Below are positions 1 to 11,805 of a DNA stretch of 64,000 bases, piece by piece. Position numbers and translations under genes: made by a program. Source of the DNA: Lama glama (Eukaryota). The stretch's first letter is position 1, and every line of letters begins with the position of its first letter. Where the stretch lies: positions 8,248,001-8,312,000 of the forward strand of contig CM052832.1 in NCBI GenBank assembly GCA_028534125.1, given 5' to 3'. The notes under the pieces are model-generated. The model saw only the letters and a list, made by a program, of their open reading frames with translations. It was not told the DNA's origin and made no database searches.

Positions 1-649
1 TGGCTGAGTTCACAATTCAAGGGGGTAGTTTCGATCTCTCTTCCAGACTCAGAATGAAACTCTACTGAGGCCAGGCCTTGTTCAAAGAATGTTTCCTATT
101 GGGCAGTTGCCTCAACTCTGATTTTCCAGAGAGTGGTCGGTGTTCATTGACCTTAAGGGCGAATCTATATCCTTGTCCTTCCTCTGCAGTGATAATAAAG
201 TTAATGGGATTATTTTCCGTGTGGAAGAATAGGGCTGCTAAGAAAACATTGTGGAGTAAAGGCTGTTTGCAAAGGCCAGATGGAAAGGGCAAATCTTTGC
301 CACCAGGAGGAATTAAAGGGTGTGTCTCCCAGGCTCCGGAGAACCATGCCACCAGCGCCTTGCTTTGCCTGAGCCTGCCGTGTGCCTGTGCTGTGACTTC
401 CCTTGGCCTCACCTCATCTGATTCACGCAGATGGCCAGATGGCAGAGCTGCCCATCCTGTCTCCCTGGTCTCCAATGTGCAGGTTACCTGGTTAGTTGAT
501 TAGCTTTTGGAAAAAGAGTTTATTCCAGACGCAGAAAAGGTCCAAACTGGACTTTAAAGATTGTAAATGGGGTCTGCTCTCATTGTAAACAGGGACACCG
601 AGATCTCCACTTATACTGAGATGAGCTTGTTTCAGGTGTGTCAAGGCCT

Positions 650-820
650 AGCAGGGAAACTGAGGCACAGAGGTGGGAAATGGCTTGCCCTGGCCGTACA
701 GACAGCAGATGGATTGAAATGGGGAAACTGAGGATCAGAGAAGAGAAATGGCTAGCCCAGGCACCCACAGCCTGGTGGTGGTAAAGCCTGGCATTGGAAT
801 CAAGTCTCTGACCCCCAGGA
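650..820 (-). mobile_element. Two adjacent MIR SINE core fragments
   Basis: GGAAACTGAGGCACAGAG (~655) and ATGGGGAAACTGAGG (~719) are reverse-complement MIR core motifs. Confidence 0.7.
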
Positions 821-2899
821 CAGAGCTGGATCTGTCATCAACCCCGAGCTCCTGTCCCTTCTGCCCTCCCCCTACTTCTCTGCAGAGAAACCGCAGCAGT
901 TTGCTGCAGTCCATCTGTTTGCTGAGTCTCAAGTCATCCCTAACGGTGTCTCCAAACCCTCTGCCAGCCCCTTTAGATCTTATCGACTCAGCCCGTATGA
1001 GGGCTCCTCACCTGGACCATCCCCAAACAGCATCCGTGTGCACAGGTGCACTGGGTGGGCGGGGGGCAGGGCATTCCAGCGGGGGCTAGACAATGGCTGG
1101 GTTAAGAGGGTCATCTTCTTTTCGCACCTCCTGAATCCTTGAGTTTGTAAATGATTATCCCAGGCTACACAAAGCAGGCATTGAGCAAGCCTCTCACTGC
1201 CCCATGACACAGCAGGCAGAAGCTACTAGGGTCTGCGAGTGGCTGGGTGGCAGCTCCCAACCCCCTCCTGGGTACCAGGATTGGGTTACCCATATAATCC
1301 CTGCTCCTCTATCCACCCTCTTTGTGCCCATTGTACTTTATAATCGAGGGGCATGATGCAACCTGCTAATTACGCTGCTTGATTTTGAACACATCCTGGC
1401 TTCTCTGACTCAGGAGGGAGAGGGAGGCAGGAGCAGCCAGCTCTGCTTTGTGGCTTATCAGGGCTGGGTTATTCCGCTCACACCCGCTCACGCCTCCCCG
1501 GCCTTTGTTAACCACAGCTTGCATCACCTCCTGCTTTCCATTTCTCCAGAATTTTTTTTAACGGCCCTTTTTTATGAGCCGCTCCATCTTGTTAGCTAAT
1601 GAATGATTGTGGGGCAGCGATGGGGATCGCTTTGTGTCTCTATTAAATGTTACATGATTGCAATTATGAGTTAACAAGGGACAGCTAATAAAAAAAAAAT
1701 CTATTTTGTGTCCTGGGGCAGACATGAGACTCACTGCCTGGTTCCCAGGCTGAATAATTCTGAGCCCTAGGGACAACAGGCTGGACAAGGAATCTATCAA
1801 GGGAAGGATGGGCGTTCCCAGGCCGTAGGGGTGCGGCCAGTGGGAGGGCAGGGGCTTTATCGCCAAATCTTTTTGGAGGCCTCCCTACTCATCCAGAGAG
1901 CTCGAGCTTCCATAGGCCTGTCCTCACTAAACCTGTTGGGAGTGGACTGGGTCCCTGGAAGATGAGTGACCCCAAGAATTGGGCAGAAGTGTCTGAGAAT
2001 TGGAAGGGGTGAAGGGCAGAGGGCCTGCAGCATGCTATCACTTAACCAGCGGTGCCCAGAATTGCGGGATGTGTAAATGGAGGGAAGCCGGCCTCATCAT
2101 CACTGCTCCAAGGAGTCAAAGGGCAAACTGTTGGCTTGGGGTTTATACTGGGTGTACAAAGTGAAGAAGATAATTTTTTCTCATTCAGAAGTCTTTGATA
2201 TATTCCCCTCCCCCAAAAGAAATTTTATATTGGTAACAAGCATTGGGACTAGAGTTTAAATTGATCAAAAACCAAAGTTCTATGCTACTTTCTCAGTTAT
2301 ATTGTGAGCATTTTTTTCTAATTTAAAATGAATGCTACAGAAGAGTTACTCCATGCACAACTGGCCTTCAGATGGATGGATGAAGTTGGATTATTTCATA
2401 GATGTTCAATTTTTAGATTCTATCAACATAGGTATCTAGAGCCGCTGTGCTGTGTCCCAAGGATAGTCACTGAGTCTTCGCAGGAGCTGGGCACACAGGA
2501 AGTGCTTAATAAATACTCAGTGATCTAAAAGAATGGGAAGAGGCATGAGTGATGTCCACAACCCATCAAGAAGACCCTGACTCATGCCCTGAAGACAGAA
2601 GCTGGAATGCACCCCGTTCACACTGCCACAGCTGCTGTCAGTGAGGGGTGTCTTGTGGGCAGAGGAATGAGAGCCCTGAGACCTAGTGTAGGCCGATCTC
2701 CTCTCCCTGGGCCTCGGTCTCCCCACATTCGAGTTTACATTCCAATATTCTGTCTGTGTTCTAGTTAAGCTACTTGCCCTTCTGCCTACAGCCACCCCAC
2801 CCCCACCCCACTTAGACTGCAAGCTCCCCGGGTAGGGCCTCACTTTCCATCCTCTGCTGGCTTGGCACTCAGTAAATGCTGAGCTAATGAGCAACTGAA

Positions 2900-3060
2900 A
2901 CTAAATGCTCTCGAGGCACCCACTCTGTGCCAGGCTTCCTACCAGATGCTTCCTATGTGTTACCAGGAATCCTCCCACTAACGCTGCTGGAAGGACTGCT
3001 TAACCCCCATTTCACAGCCAAGGCAACTGAGGTTGAGGGAGCTTCCAGCTGGTGTCTGTT
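2900..3060 (-). mobile_element. MIR SINE fragment
   Basis: TGTGCCAGG...CCCCATTTCACAG...AACTGAGG, antisense MIR layout. Confidence 0.65.
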
Positions 3061-3455
3061 AAGGTGGCGCTGGTGCTGAGCAGTCCACACGTGGGCTGTG
3101 AACCAGAAGCTGAGTACAGGCTGGGCAACCCCCTTCTCTACTTCTCCTGGCCTGGGTGACAGCAGGCAGGCAAGCGACCATGGGGCGGGAGCCGGCAAGG
3201 GCAACCACAGGCTGGGCGACAGAAGGAACACAGTCTGAGAACACCACTTGAAGTGCATCTTCAAACACTGTGGCTGCACTGTGGGTGCCGGGAAACCACA
3301 GCCGCCCACATCTCAGCGGTTGGGGCCAGCCTAGGGCAGGCAGCCGAGCTGGCAGTGGCAGGAAGGCTGGGTGGGGGTGGGCGGTGGGCTGGAGGGTAGG
3401 TGGGAGGGGGAAGGAAAGGGTTGCTAACTCATCCACAGAAAGCCTCAGCCAGTGG

Positions 3456-3720
3456 AAGGGCCAGCTACATAATTTTCAGAACTCTAGTTCAAAACTACTA
3501 AGAATTTCGGGGAGGGCTATAGCTCAGTGGTAGAGCACATGCTTAGCATGCACAAGGTCCTGGGTTCAATGCCCAGGACCTCCATTAAAAAAAAAAGACA
3601 TAAAAATTATTTATAAAAAGTACTAAGAATTTCAAGATGGCAAGGAGCAGAACATTAAATCAAGCTTGTGGCCTTCCCAAACACGGGCCCTTTGGGTCAC
3701 CCGTCCAGCCATTCCTGGCC
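3456..3720 (-). mobile_element. MER45A-like hAT-Tip100 DNA transposon fossil, interrupted by a SINE
   Basis: AGGGCCAGCTACATAATT...TTCAAAA..TAAGAATTTCAAGATGGC..AGCAGAACATTAAATCAAGC matches the recalled reverse complement of MER45A and the second copy at 62895-63073. Confidence 0.75.
3509..3615 (+). mobile_element. tRNA-Ala(AGC)-derived SINE (camelid vic-1-like) with A-rich tail and TSD
   Basis: Body is GGGGAGGGCTATAGCTCAGTGGTAGAGCACATGCTTAGCATGCACAAGGTCCTGGGTTCAATGCCCAGGACCTCCA. A box 3520-3530, anticodon AGC 3545-3547, B box 3563-3573, A-tail. TSD AAAA(C/G)TACTAAGAATTTC at 3491-3508 and 3616-3633. Confidence 0.9.
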
Positions 3721-4499
3721 AGCAGGTTGTTTGCCTGGCTCTCGGCTCAGGGTTCTTCTTGGCGCGGCACTTGGGTAATAGACACCATGTAAAAGGTCTG
3801 GCCCCTCATTGCCTGGGTGGAGCCCATGTAACCCACAGCGCAGGGCTGGCAGCAGTACCGGGCATCAGGAAGACTTGTGCCGTGGACCTTTTTAGAGGCT
3901 GCGTGGACAAGGCCAAGCCAGCACACTGCAGGCAGGTGTTCAGGGTGGGGCCTGCCTGGTGACTCACATGGCCTGGCTGTTCAGAGAGGCTGTGCTGCTG
4001 CTTCCACTGTGAGCATGTTGGGGACAGATCCCAGGCCCTGTCAAAGGCATCTGGGGTATCTAGATGGGCTACCTGCAGACTTCAAGCCTGCAGAAAAGCC
4101 CAGGGTCCTGTGGGTGCCCAGAATCAGGCAGGCAGCTTGGCCTCTAGAGGTATGAACATCGTAAGCAGAGAGGCGTTTGGAGCCTGCTTGGAGCCTGCAT
4201 CCCCTGGGCTGGCTCTTGGCAACAGGGATGACTGGCCACTGGCTCATGGCCCATCTCTGCCCTGCATATGGTGTTACTGAGAGCCTGGGCTGAGCCCCAA
4301 TTTGTGTCTTCCACCACAGTCCCCGGCACAAAGCTCTGCACACAGTGAGTACTCAGGAAATATTGGTTGAGCAAACACAGGACATACTGAGAGAAGATTC
4401 AATTCTGCCTTGGTTGTGTTAGGGCTGATACTTAGCGTGGAGGGGAAGGAAAAAAAGGATGATTATGATTAGTAAAGTAGTGGGACACACTCCATCTAC

Positions 4500-4705
4500 A
4501 CATGAGTGTTGGTGTGCATATCTGCATTTACGTGTGTCTGTGTGAGAACACACGTGTGGGGGCGTACACATACAGGGTAGAGTCATGTATAGAAGGTGAA
4601 GATATAGCTATGTATGCATGTGCTCATGTATGTGAGTGGAGACCCATGCATATGTGCATGTTTTTGTGGGAGGCACGCACGTCTACTTGGTGTGCACCTG
4701 CATGC
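4500..4705. repeat. Degenerate TG/CA-rich low-complexity tract
   Basis: Runs of GTGTG/ATGTATG/GCATG. Confidence 0.7.
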
Positions 4706-4824
4706 AGCAATCCTCTGCTTCCTGGGCTCCATCTCCTGCCCCATTTAGGAGCCAGACCCATGCAGGCAGTGCTGCTCACGGCATGAGAGAGATGGAGAAG
4801 TGTGATAGCTGGGAGTGCAGGCTG

Positions 4825-4990
4825 CCTGGTTGAGTCTGACTCTGCTCCTCACCCACGGTGCATCCTTGGGCAAATTACATAAACTCTCCTTGCCTTGGTT
4901 TTGTGGTCTGTAAAAGGGGCTCATGACAGTATATCCTTCTATAAGGCTCAAAAAATGGTACCTAGTAAAGGTTCCAGAAATGTTAGCTGT
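4825..4990 (+). mobile_element. MIR SINE
   Basis: CCTTGGGCAAATTACATAAACTCTC..CTGTAAAAGGGG..AAATGTTAGCTGTT. Confidence 0.65.
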
Positions 4991-6819
4991 TAGTATCTTG
5001 ACTGGGGGCTGCTGCTGCTGTGGGTACCAGGGCCAGTACTGAGAACAGGGCCTCAGCCTGTGTCCATCCATCTTCATGAGCGTGATGGGCAAGTTCCAAA
5101 CACTGGCTGCCCTGGACAGAGAGGCAAGAGAAGGGGAGGGTATGCAGAGGCCTCGCCCCTGACGGCTCCCTCGGACTCCCCAGAGGGCCTCGGGGAGGCT
5201 GCTGAGGAAGCCCCAGATCCGGAACACACACGTGGGGTGGGGGGCATGGCAAGGTAGGAGCAGGCTTTAAAAACAGTCCTCCTGGGACAGTGAAGCTGGG
5301 CCCCAGAGGCCACCCACGCACAGCAGGGACTGGTGGCCGCACGGGGAGAGGTAAATCACCCGTGATTGCCCTCTGGAATGTGGTCGCTGTGAATAGTAAC
5401 ACGCATGTTACTGCTACGTAAACACAGTTAAACCATTTACGATGGCCTCGGCCTGGCAGCCCCAGGAAAACCCTATCATGTGGGGGTGGGTGGGCCACCT
5501 CAGCTCTGCCGGCTGCGATGGCTGGGAGACGGATTTATTTTGTCAAGACCCAGATCCCTGGCACTTCCTGCTGCCACTCAACCCCAGGGCCTAGCACTGG
5601 GCCAGAGGAGGTATCTTCTCCCAGGCCCGAAAAATGTGTTTTGAAATTATGGAAAGTAGAAGAACAATAAAATCCCCTCTTTAATTTTAGCCCTGGTCCT
5701 TTGATCCAGTTTGTGGAGGACTTTTTTTTAAAGTAAGCAGGGGCTTTTGACCTGAATCCCAAGAATGCACTGGGGTAGATCTCCATGCAGGATCCTGAGG
5801 GAGAAACAGAGGGAGAAGACTCAACCCAGCCCCTAAGGAGCCCCCAGCGTGTGGGAAAGCAGCAGCCCCGGCCGCAGGAACCTCCAGCCAGAAGGCGGAG
5901 ACACAGCTCCCGTCTTCAGCCCCCTCCCTCCTCCGGCCCAGTCTGAGAGTGGAGGCACAGCCTCTGTGTCCCTCCTCATGCGGGGGGTGGGGGGCCGTTG
6001 GGGGGAGGACTGGACCGCCTGGATTCAAGGCCTTAGGTAGACTCAGGGAACAGGGTGCCCCGGAGAGCAGAGGCCCTAACGGTGGCCGTGGCCACTGAGT
6101 TCTCCCTGAGAGAAATATTGCTGAGGTCTCATCTGGATTCCTTTCGGAGCAGGGGCCCTTCTCTGCCCCAGTGCAAGTTCTAGCCTTGACTGATTTTCTT
6201 TCTCCAAAAGTGCCATCACCTACTTACCATTTATTTTTCCTAAAGTGACCGGGGTCACCCAAGAGGTCACCAAGGCTTATAAATGCTAGAGGGACTTCCT
6301 ACCAAAGTATGGAGGCCTTGTCCACCTCTGGGCCTTCTCCTAGGCCCCTCCAAGCCCCCCTCTCCTCCCCGGCTCCCAGGCTGCCTCCCCATCCACTTCC
6401 TGTGTTTGCTCCCTATGACTCTCATCCCTGGAGTACGCCCCTCGCCCCTTCTTGCCCATCCACACACTGAGCACCTACAGGACAAGGCCTTCTCTCTCCT
6501 GTTGTCTACACAGCCCAATCCAGGCCATCTGGATTAATTTGCTTGTCTCCCAGCTCCTCTGCTAATAGTCACCACCATTCATGGGAAGTCTTTGCCATGC
6601 CCAGTGCTGGCCTATTAGCTCACATATATTCTCTTCAATTTTCCACCACTTGGAAAGTGGCAATTTCAGGCCCTCTTATGGTGATGAGGGAACAGAAGCT
6701 GAGGGAGGTTGGGAGATCTCCAGGGTCACAGCTGGTGAGTGGGACGGGGCCCTGACACCAGTGTTCTGTCGAGGGCACCACCTTGCCCACTCTCCCACAT
6801 ACCCTAGGGAACAAGAAGC

Positions 6820-6975
6820 AACATGGTGGGGTCTGAAATGGTCAGTGGGGGGCTTTTTGTTTTAGTAAAAACCACCAGAACTTACACAAATGGGTAAGGT
6901 TATCATTCAAAAAGTTTACCTCAGAAGAGAGCAATTATTCTGATCATGCTGCTTGTTCAGTGCATTCTGTTTTTG
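6820..6975 (-). mobile_element. Ancient mariner (MARNA-like) 3'-end remnant
   Basis: The reverse complement CAGCATGATCAGAATAATTGC...GAGGTAAACTTTTTGAA resembles the mariner transposase C-terminus region (QH-W-KC...GDYFE). Highly decayed. Confidence 0.4.
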
Positions 6976-7244
6976 TTTTACCTTTTATTTCTTTATATCA
7001 ACAGTTGCAGAACAGAACAGATCAAAAAGCAAGTCTTCGCCCCGACCTGTCCCAATGCCACCAGCCCCTTTCTTCCTGTAGCTTTAGCTATGATAAAGAA
7101 AGCTGTGACCTTCCGTACTTTTATTCCTAGCTCTTTTAAATTCAATTTTTAAAGCGTTTTAAAGTCATATCAGAATCAAACTGTTTTTTACTCAATTTAA
7201 TTCATCACATTATTCTTTAACTTGATTTCAAATGAAATTTAACA

Positions 7245-9680
7245 AATAAACTCTTTACTTTACAATAGTGCTGGATTTCCAGAAAAACTGCAAAGATAAT
7301 GTGGAGTTCCCATATACTCCATACCCAGATTCCCTATATTAGACATCTTAATTAGCATGGGAATGTGCATTACAGTTAATGAACGAACATTGGTACATTA
7401 TTATTAGCTAAAGTTCATGCTTCCTAATTTCCTAAGGAAATTCAAATTTCCTCAGTTTTTACTAATGTCCTTTCTTTTTGTTCCAGGATCCCATTCAGGA
7501 CACCTCATTACATTTAGTCTTCACGTCTCTTAGGCTTCTCTTACCTGTGACCCTTCCCTCATTTCCTTGTTTTTAATGGCATTGACAGTTTTGAATTGTA
7601 CTGGTCAGGTATTCTGTAGAACGTCCACCCCTCAACTAGGATTTGTCTGATGTTTTTCTCATGATTAGGCTTGAGTTACGAATTTACGGAGAAAGAACAC
7701 AGGTAAAGTGCCATTTTCATCACATCATATCAAGGGTACCTGCTGTCAACATGACTTAACCACTGTCGATGTTGACCTTGATCACATGGCTGAGGTGTTT
7801 GTCAGTTGTTTTCACCATAAAGTTACTCCTCCCCCGACTCTACAATTCCTGTGCTGTCCTCCTTGGAAGGCAGTCACTCACTATGCAGAGCTTATACTTA
7901 AGAGGGAGGGGGCTAAATTCTCCCTCCTTGAGAGCAAAGCATCTACACCATTATTTGGAATTCTTCTCCACAGGAAATTTTGTCTCTTCTCCCCCATTGA
8001 TTTATTTAATCATTTATTTATATCAGTACGGACTCATGGAAATTTACCTTATACTTTGGGTTATAATTGAAAACTGCTTCATTTCATTTCTCAGATTGTT
8101 CCACCTTTGGCCACTGGAGTTCTTTCCACTGGCTCCTGTGGGGCTTTTTGGAGCACTTCCTTACTTCCTGGCACTGTAAGATACTCTGGGCTCATCTTGT
8201 CTATTTCCTGCCCTGGTCCTTGAATCAGCCTTTTCTCCAGGGAGCTCTGGTTTCTTTGAATGGAGACTGGTATCAGAAACCAAGATCTGAGCACTAAGTG
8301 TGCTTGTCACTACTGAGTTGTTGCTTAGAGACCCAGCTGACAGAGAAAGGAAATATGTGTGTACTTACTAACTCATGTATATATACATCTCTGTAAGTAT
8401 TTTTATGTAACTACCTGTATCTATATTAAGCTAGACATGAGTTTGTACTGATGTCGCCAACTCTAATCCATTCCTGGTGGATCATTCTAGCCTCCTCCTC
8501 TTACTGTGAGCTTTCACTCCAGCAGTGAGAAACCTGGCTCCCATCTACCATCCATTTATTTAATTGTTCGATTCCAGTATACACATATATTATTTCAGAT
8601 TGTCAACCCATATTTCCATGGGAAATAACTTTATCAACTCGAGTACAGAGCTATATGCAGTTCCCTTTGTGTTTAGTCTTACAGACACCAATCATTCCCA
8701 GACTTACTCAGTCAGTACCTTTCTCCCCATCCCCCTCAAGGAAGTGGTTTTATACTTTAGTGATACTGTTAGACTCTTTTGTCACATTCTTCATTCTATT
8801 ACGTGATCTCCCAGCCTCCAAAATGATTTATTTAAATTTGCATATATTAAGGCTCACTCTTTGTGCTGTAAAGTTCTACGGGTTTTGACAATTGCAGTAC
8901 GTATCCACCGTTTCACTATCACACAGAATGGTCCTATCACCCTACAAAATTACCTGTTTCACCTATTCAACCCTCCTCCCACCCCAAATCATTAGCAACC
9001 ACTGATCTGTTTACCATCTCTATAGTTTTTCCCTTTCCATAATGTCATACAAATGAAATCATGTAGTACAGAGCTTTTCCAGACTGGCTTCTTTCACTTA
9101 GTAATATGCATTTGAGATTCATCTATGTCTTTGTGTGGCTTGATAGCTCATTTCTTTTTATTGCTAAGTAAATGGTGTGGATGTACTATAGTTTGTTTAT
9201 CTATCTGCCTATGAAAGGATATCTTGGTTCTTCGGCAATTGTATTTTTGGCAATTCTAAATAAATTGCTGTTATAAATATTCATGTTCTGGTTTTTGTGT
9301 GGACATAAGTTTTAAAATCAGTTGAGTAAATACCTAGGAGTGCAATTGTTGGATCATATGGTAAGACTATGTTTAGTTTTATAAGAAACTGCCAAACTCT
9401 TTTTCAAAGTAGCTGGCTGTACCTGTTGTTTTGCGTTCCCACTTGTGGTGAGTGAGAGTTCCTGTTGCTCCACTTCCTCACTTGCAATTGATATTGTCAA
9501 TTAAAAAAATTTTTTTTAGCCATTCTAAAAGGTATGTAGTGGTTTCTCATTGCTGTTTTAATTTTCATTTCCCTCATGACAAATGACACTGAGCATCTTT
9601 TCATAGGCTTATTTGCCGTCTACATATCTTCTGGGATGAGCTGTCTATTCAGATATTTTGCCCATTTTTAAACTGGATTG
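7245..9680 (-). mobile_element. Old 5'-truncated LINE-1 (L1MC/L1MD-like): 3' UTR plus end of ORF2
   Basis: AT-rich 2.4 kb block with antisense L1 hallmarks: GACTGGCTTCTTTCACTTAG, AAGAAACTGCCAAACT, GAGAGTTCCTGTTGCTCCAC, AGCCATTCTAAAAGGTATGTAGTGG, GTTCCAGGATCCCATTCAGGA. No intact ORF. Confidence 0.9.
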
Positions 9681-9683
9681 TCG

Positions 9684-9810
9684 AATAACTTTTGATTGTT
9701 TGAAAAAGTCAAGTTCATCTCTGAGAGAGGAGGATCAACCTTCACTGAGGACTGTTAGCATTTGGATAAAATACCTAAGAAATATTTGTGAAATAACATT
9801 TCATGGAGAC
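9684..9810 (+). mobile_element. Ancient mariner (MARNA-like) transposase remnant
   Basis: 9687-9752 translates to NF*LFEKVKFISERGGSTFTED, an ungapped decayed match to the recalled mariner motif DFWLFPKxK..L.GRRF...ED. Confidence 0.45.
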
Positions 9811-9879
9811 CTGGAATCCCAGCACTAAAAGGCATCTCAAAATCCTTCTACAGGAGAAGAAAGTGGGTTTTGAGAGGAG

Positions 9880-10280
9880 CCATGGTGAAGCAGCAGAGAC
9901 ATTTTCTCTTCACCCCATACCCACATGCCTCCCCCTTCACTTCCCAGCCCCTCACCATTAGGTGAGACCACAGAGCTAACTCTGGCAGATATGCTGTGAA
10001 CAGAGATGCTGCCTGTCACTTTGGGGACAGAACATTTGCAAGCCAGTGCATAGCCCTCCTGCTCTTTTCTGCCCCTGTAGGCACAACCATGGAAGCCACT
10101 TGTTGAAATTTGATGGCTGTAACATCCAGGGTCCCTAACTGACTATGTGGAGCAGAGCCCCTGCCAATCTGTCTCAGCCAAATTGTGTGAGCACGAAACA
10201 AACCTTCACAATGTGAATCCACTGAGATTTCAGGGCTCATTTGTTACTGCAGCACAGCATGGCCTATCCTGACTTGCACA
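9880..10280 (+). mobile_element. MaLR solo LTR (MLT1I/J-like)
   Basis: GACTATGTGGAGCAGAGCCCCTGCC and 3' end CCACTGAGATTTCAGGG..TTTGTTACTGCAGCA..CCTATCCTGACT..ACA. Confidence 0.75.
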
Positions 10281-11427
10281 GCCAATCATTGGCTGGTGCC
10301 TTTGACATCATGCTTGCATCATTAGAGTTCCCCCAAACCTGGTGGTATGCTGGCCTAGGAAAAAGTTGCTTAAGGCGAGAGATCATTTAAATGCACCAAC
10401 ATCACGTGCCTGGCCCCGCGTAGGCACTGTGCCTTCATGACCTCAAGTCTGTCAGGGAGAAGGTCCAGTGATCGGCTGAACTGTTTGCTTTTGCCACTCA
10501 CTGGTTCTTATCTCCCCAGGTGACATATAGAGGTTGACATATAATTGAAGCTAACTTTCCTGCAATAGAACAATCCTGACAGGATACTAAAAGCAGATCT
10601 CTCCATCCAAGTCAAGCCCTCAAAAGCCCCTGTAAACCCCACGTCCTCCAAAAGTTTTACCTAAGAGGAACTACATCTCACAAACTCTCTTCTATCTTCT
10701 GCTGAATCTTTTCTTCAAACTCAGGTCTTGTTTTCTGCTAACTTCATCCTCTCTAGAGGAGGAAGATACTGCCATGTCCATTGTCCAGAAGACATGCACC
10801 CTCCAGCATTTAACAGGCCTTTTCTCCAGCCTGGCCCTACCTAGAACAATTTGCCCTGGGCTGGCCTCTGATAGCAGTCCACAGGCTTGGTGAAACCTCA
10901 TGCACAGCCTCTCAGCCTCCTAATCACAGTATCTGGGGGCCTGCTGCAGCCCTCAGGGCAGAGAATGAGGCTTTCTTCTGTGTGAAGGGAAGTGATGCTC
11001 ACAGAGCTCAAAACAAAGACCTTGACCTCATTAGTGCAATGTTCTGGTCAGCGGATTTGGGGAAATGTGATGATGTTAATTATATGCTCATTTATTTAAT
11101 CCTTGTTCTTGTGAAAAGCATGCATTTGCCTTCCCCTCTTTCCCCAGGGGGTATAAACTCCTCGGGGTTGTGCAGGGGGGTGGAGCAGAAGGGGGAAGGA
11201 CCAGACAAGGGTCACTCAGACCTGGATTCATTTCCTGGCTACCGTGACCCTGGGTAACCTGCCTGAGCCTGGGATTGAGTAAGGATTATGGGTTTGGCAC
11301 TGTGCCTGGCACACAGGAAGCTTGGTAAATTACAGCTATTATCATCAGACTGCTAATTATTTTATTCTATCAATGGAAAGATGATTTTCCACTGTTCCAT
11401 CTTGATTCCTGAGAGACAGTAGAGCAC

Positions 11428-11611
11428 AGACAAGTGTTCAATAGAACTTCCCAAGATGAGGGAAATGTTTAGTATCTGCAGTCCACATGTGACTACTGAG
11501 CACTTAAAAAAAGTGCAACTGAGGAACTGAATTTTTAATTGTGTTTCGTTTTAATTATTTCAAAGTTAAACAGTCCCCTGAGTTTAGTGGTTACTGGATT
11601 GGGCAGTGCAG
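11428..11611. mobile_element. MER3-like hAT-Charlie MITE
   Basis: CAATAGAACTT..GATGAGGGAAATGTT..CACATGTGACTACTGAGCACTT..CAACTGAGGAACTGAATTTTTAATT..TTGGGCAGTGCAG. Confidence 0.8.
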
Positions 11612-11614
11612 CTG

Positions 11615-11805
11615 CAGAGGGTAAGGGCACAGGCTCTGGGGTAGACCACCTGGGTTCCCATTCTGCTTCCTAGCTGTAAGCCCTTGGACCAGTTACTCAA
11701 CCACTCTGGGCCTCAGCTTCCTCTTCTGTAAAATGTGGATATTATAGTACTGACTTCCTAGGGTGGTTGTAAAGATTAAATGAATCAATCTACATAAAGT
11801 GCCCC
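11615..11805 (+). mobile_element. MIR SINE
   Basis: GGCTCTGG..CCTGGGTTC..CCTCAGCTTCCTCTTCTGTAAAATG..GTTGTAAAGATTAAATGA. Confidence 0.8.

Noticed and set aside
3509..3584. Functional tRNA-Ala gene
   Set aside because: It has extra 5' bases, CpG-decay substitutions, an A-rich tail and TSDs, and sits inside a transposon, so it is a retroposed SINE.
7708..8888. Plus-strand ORFs within the AT-rich block
   Set aside because: They are antisense to a decayed L1 3' UTR and have no coding signature.
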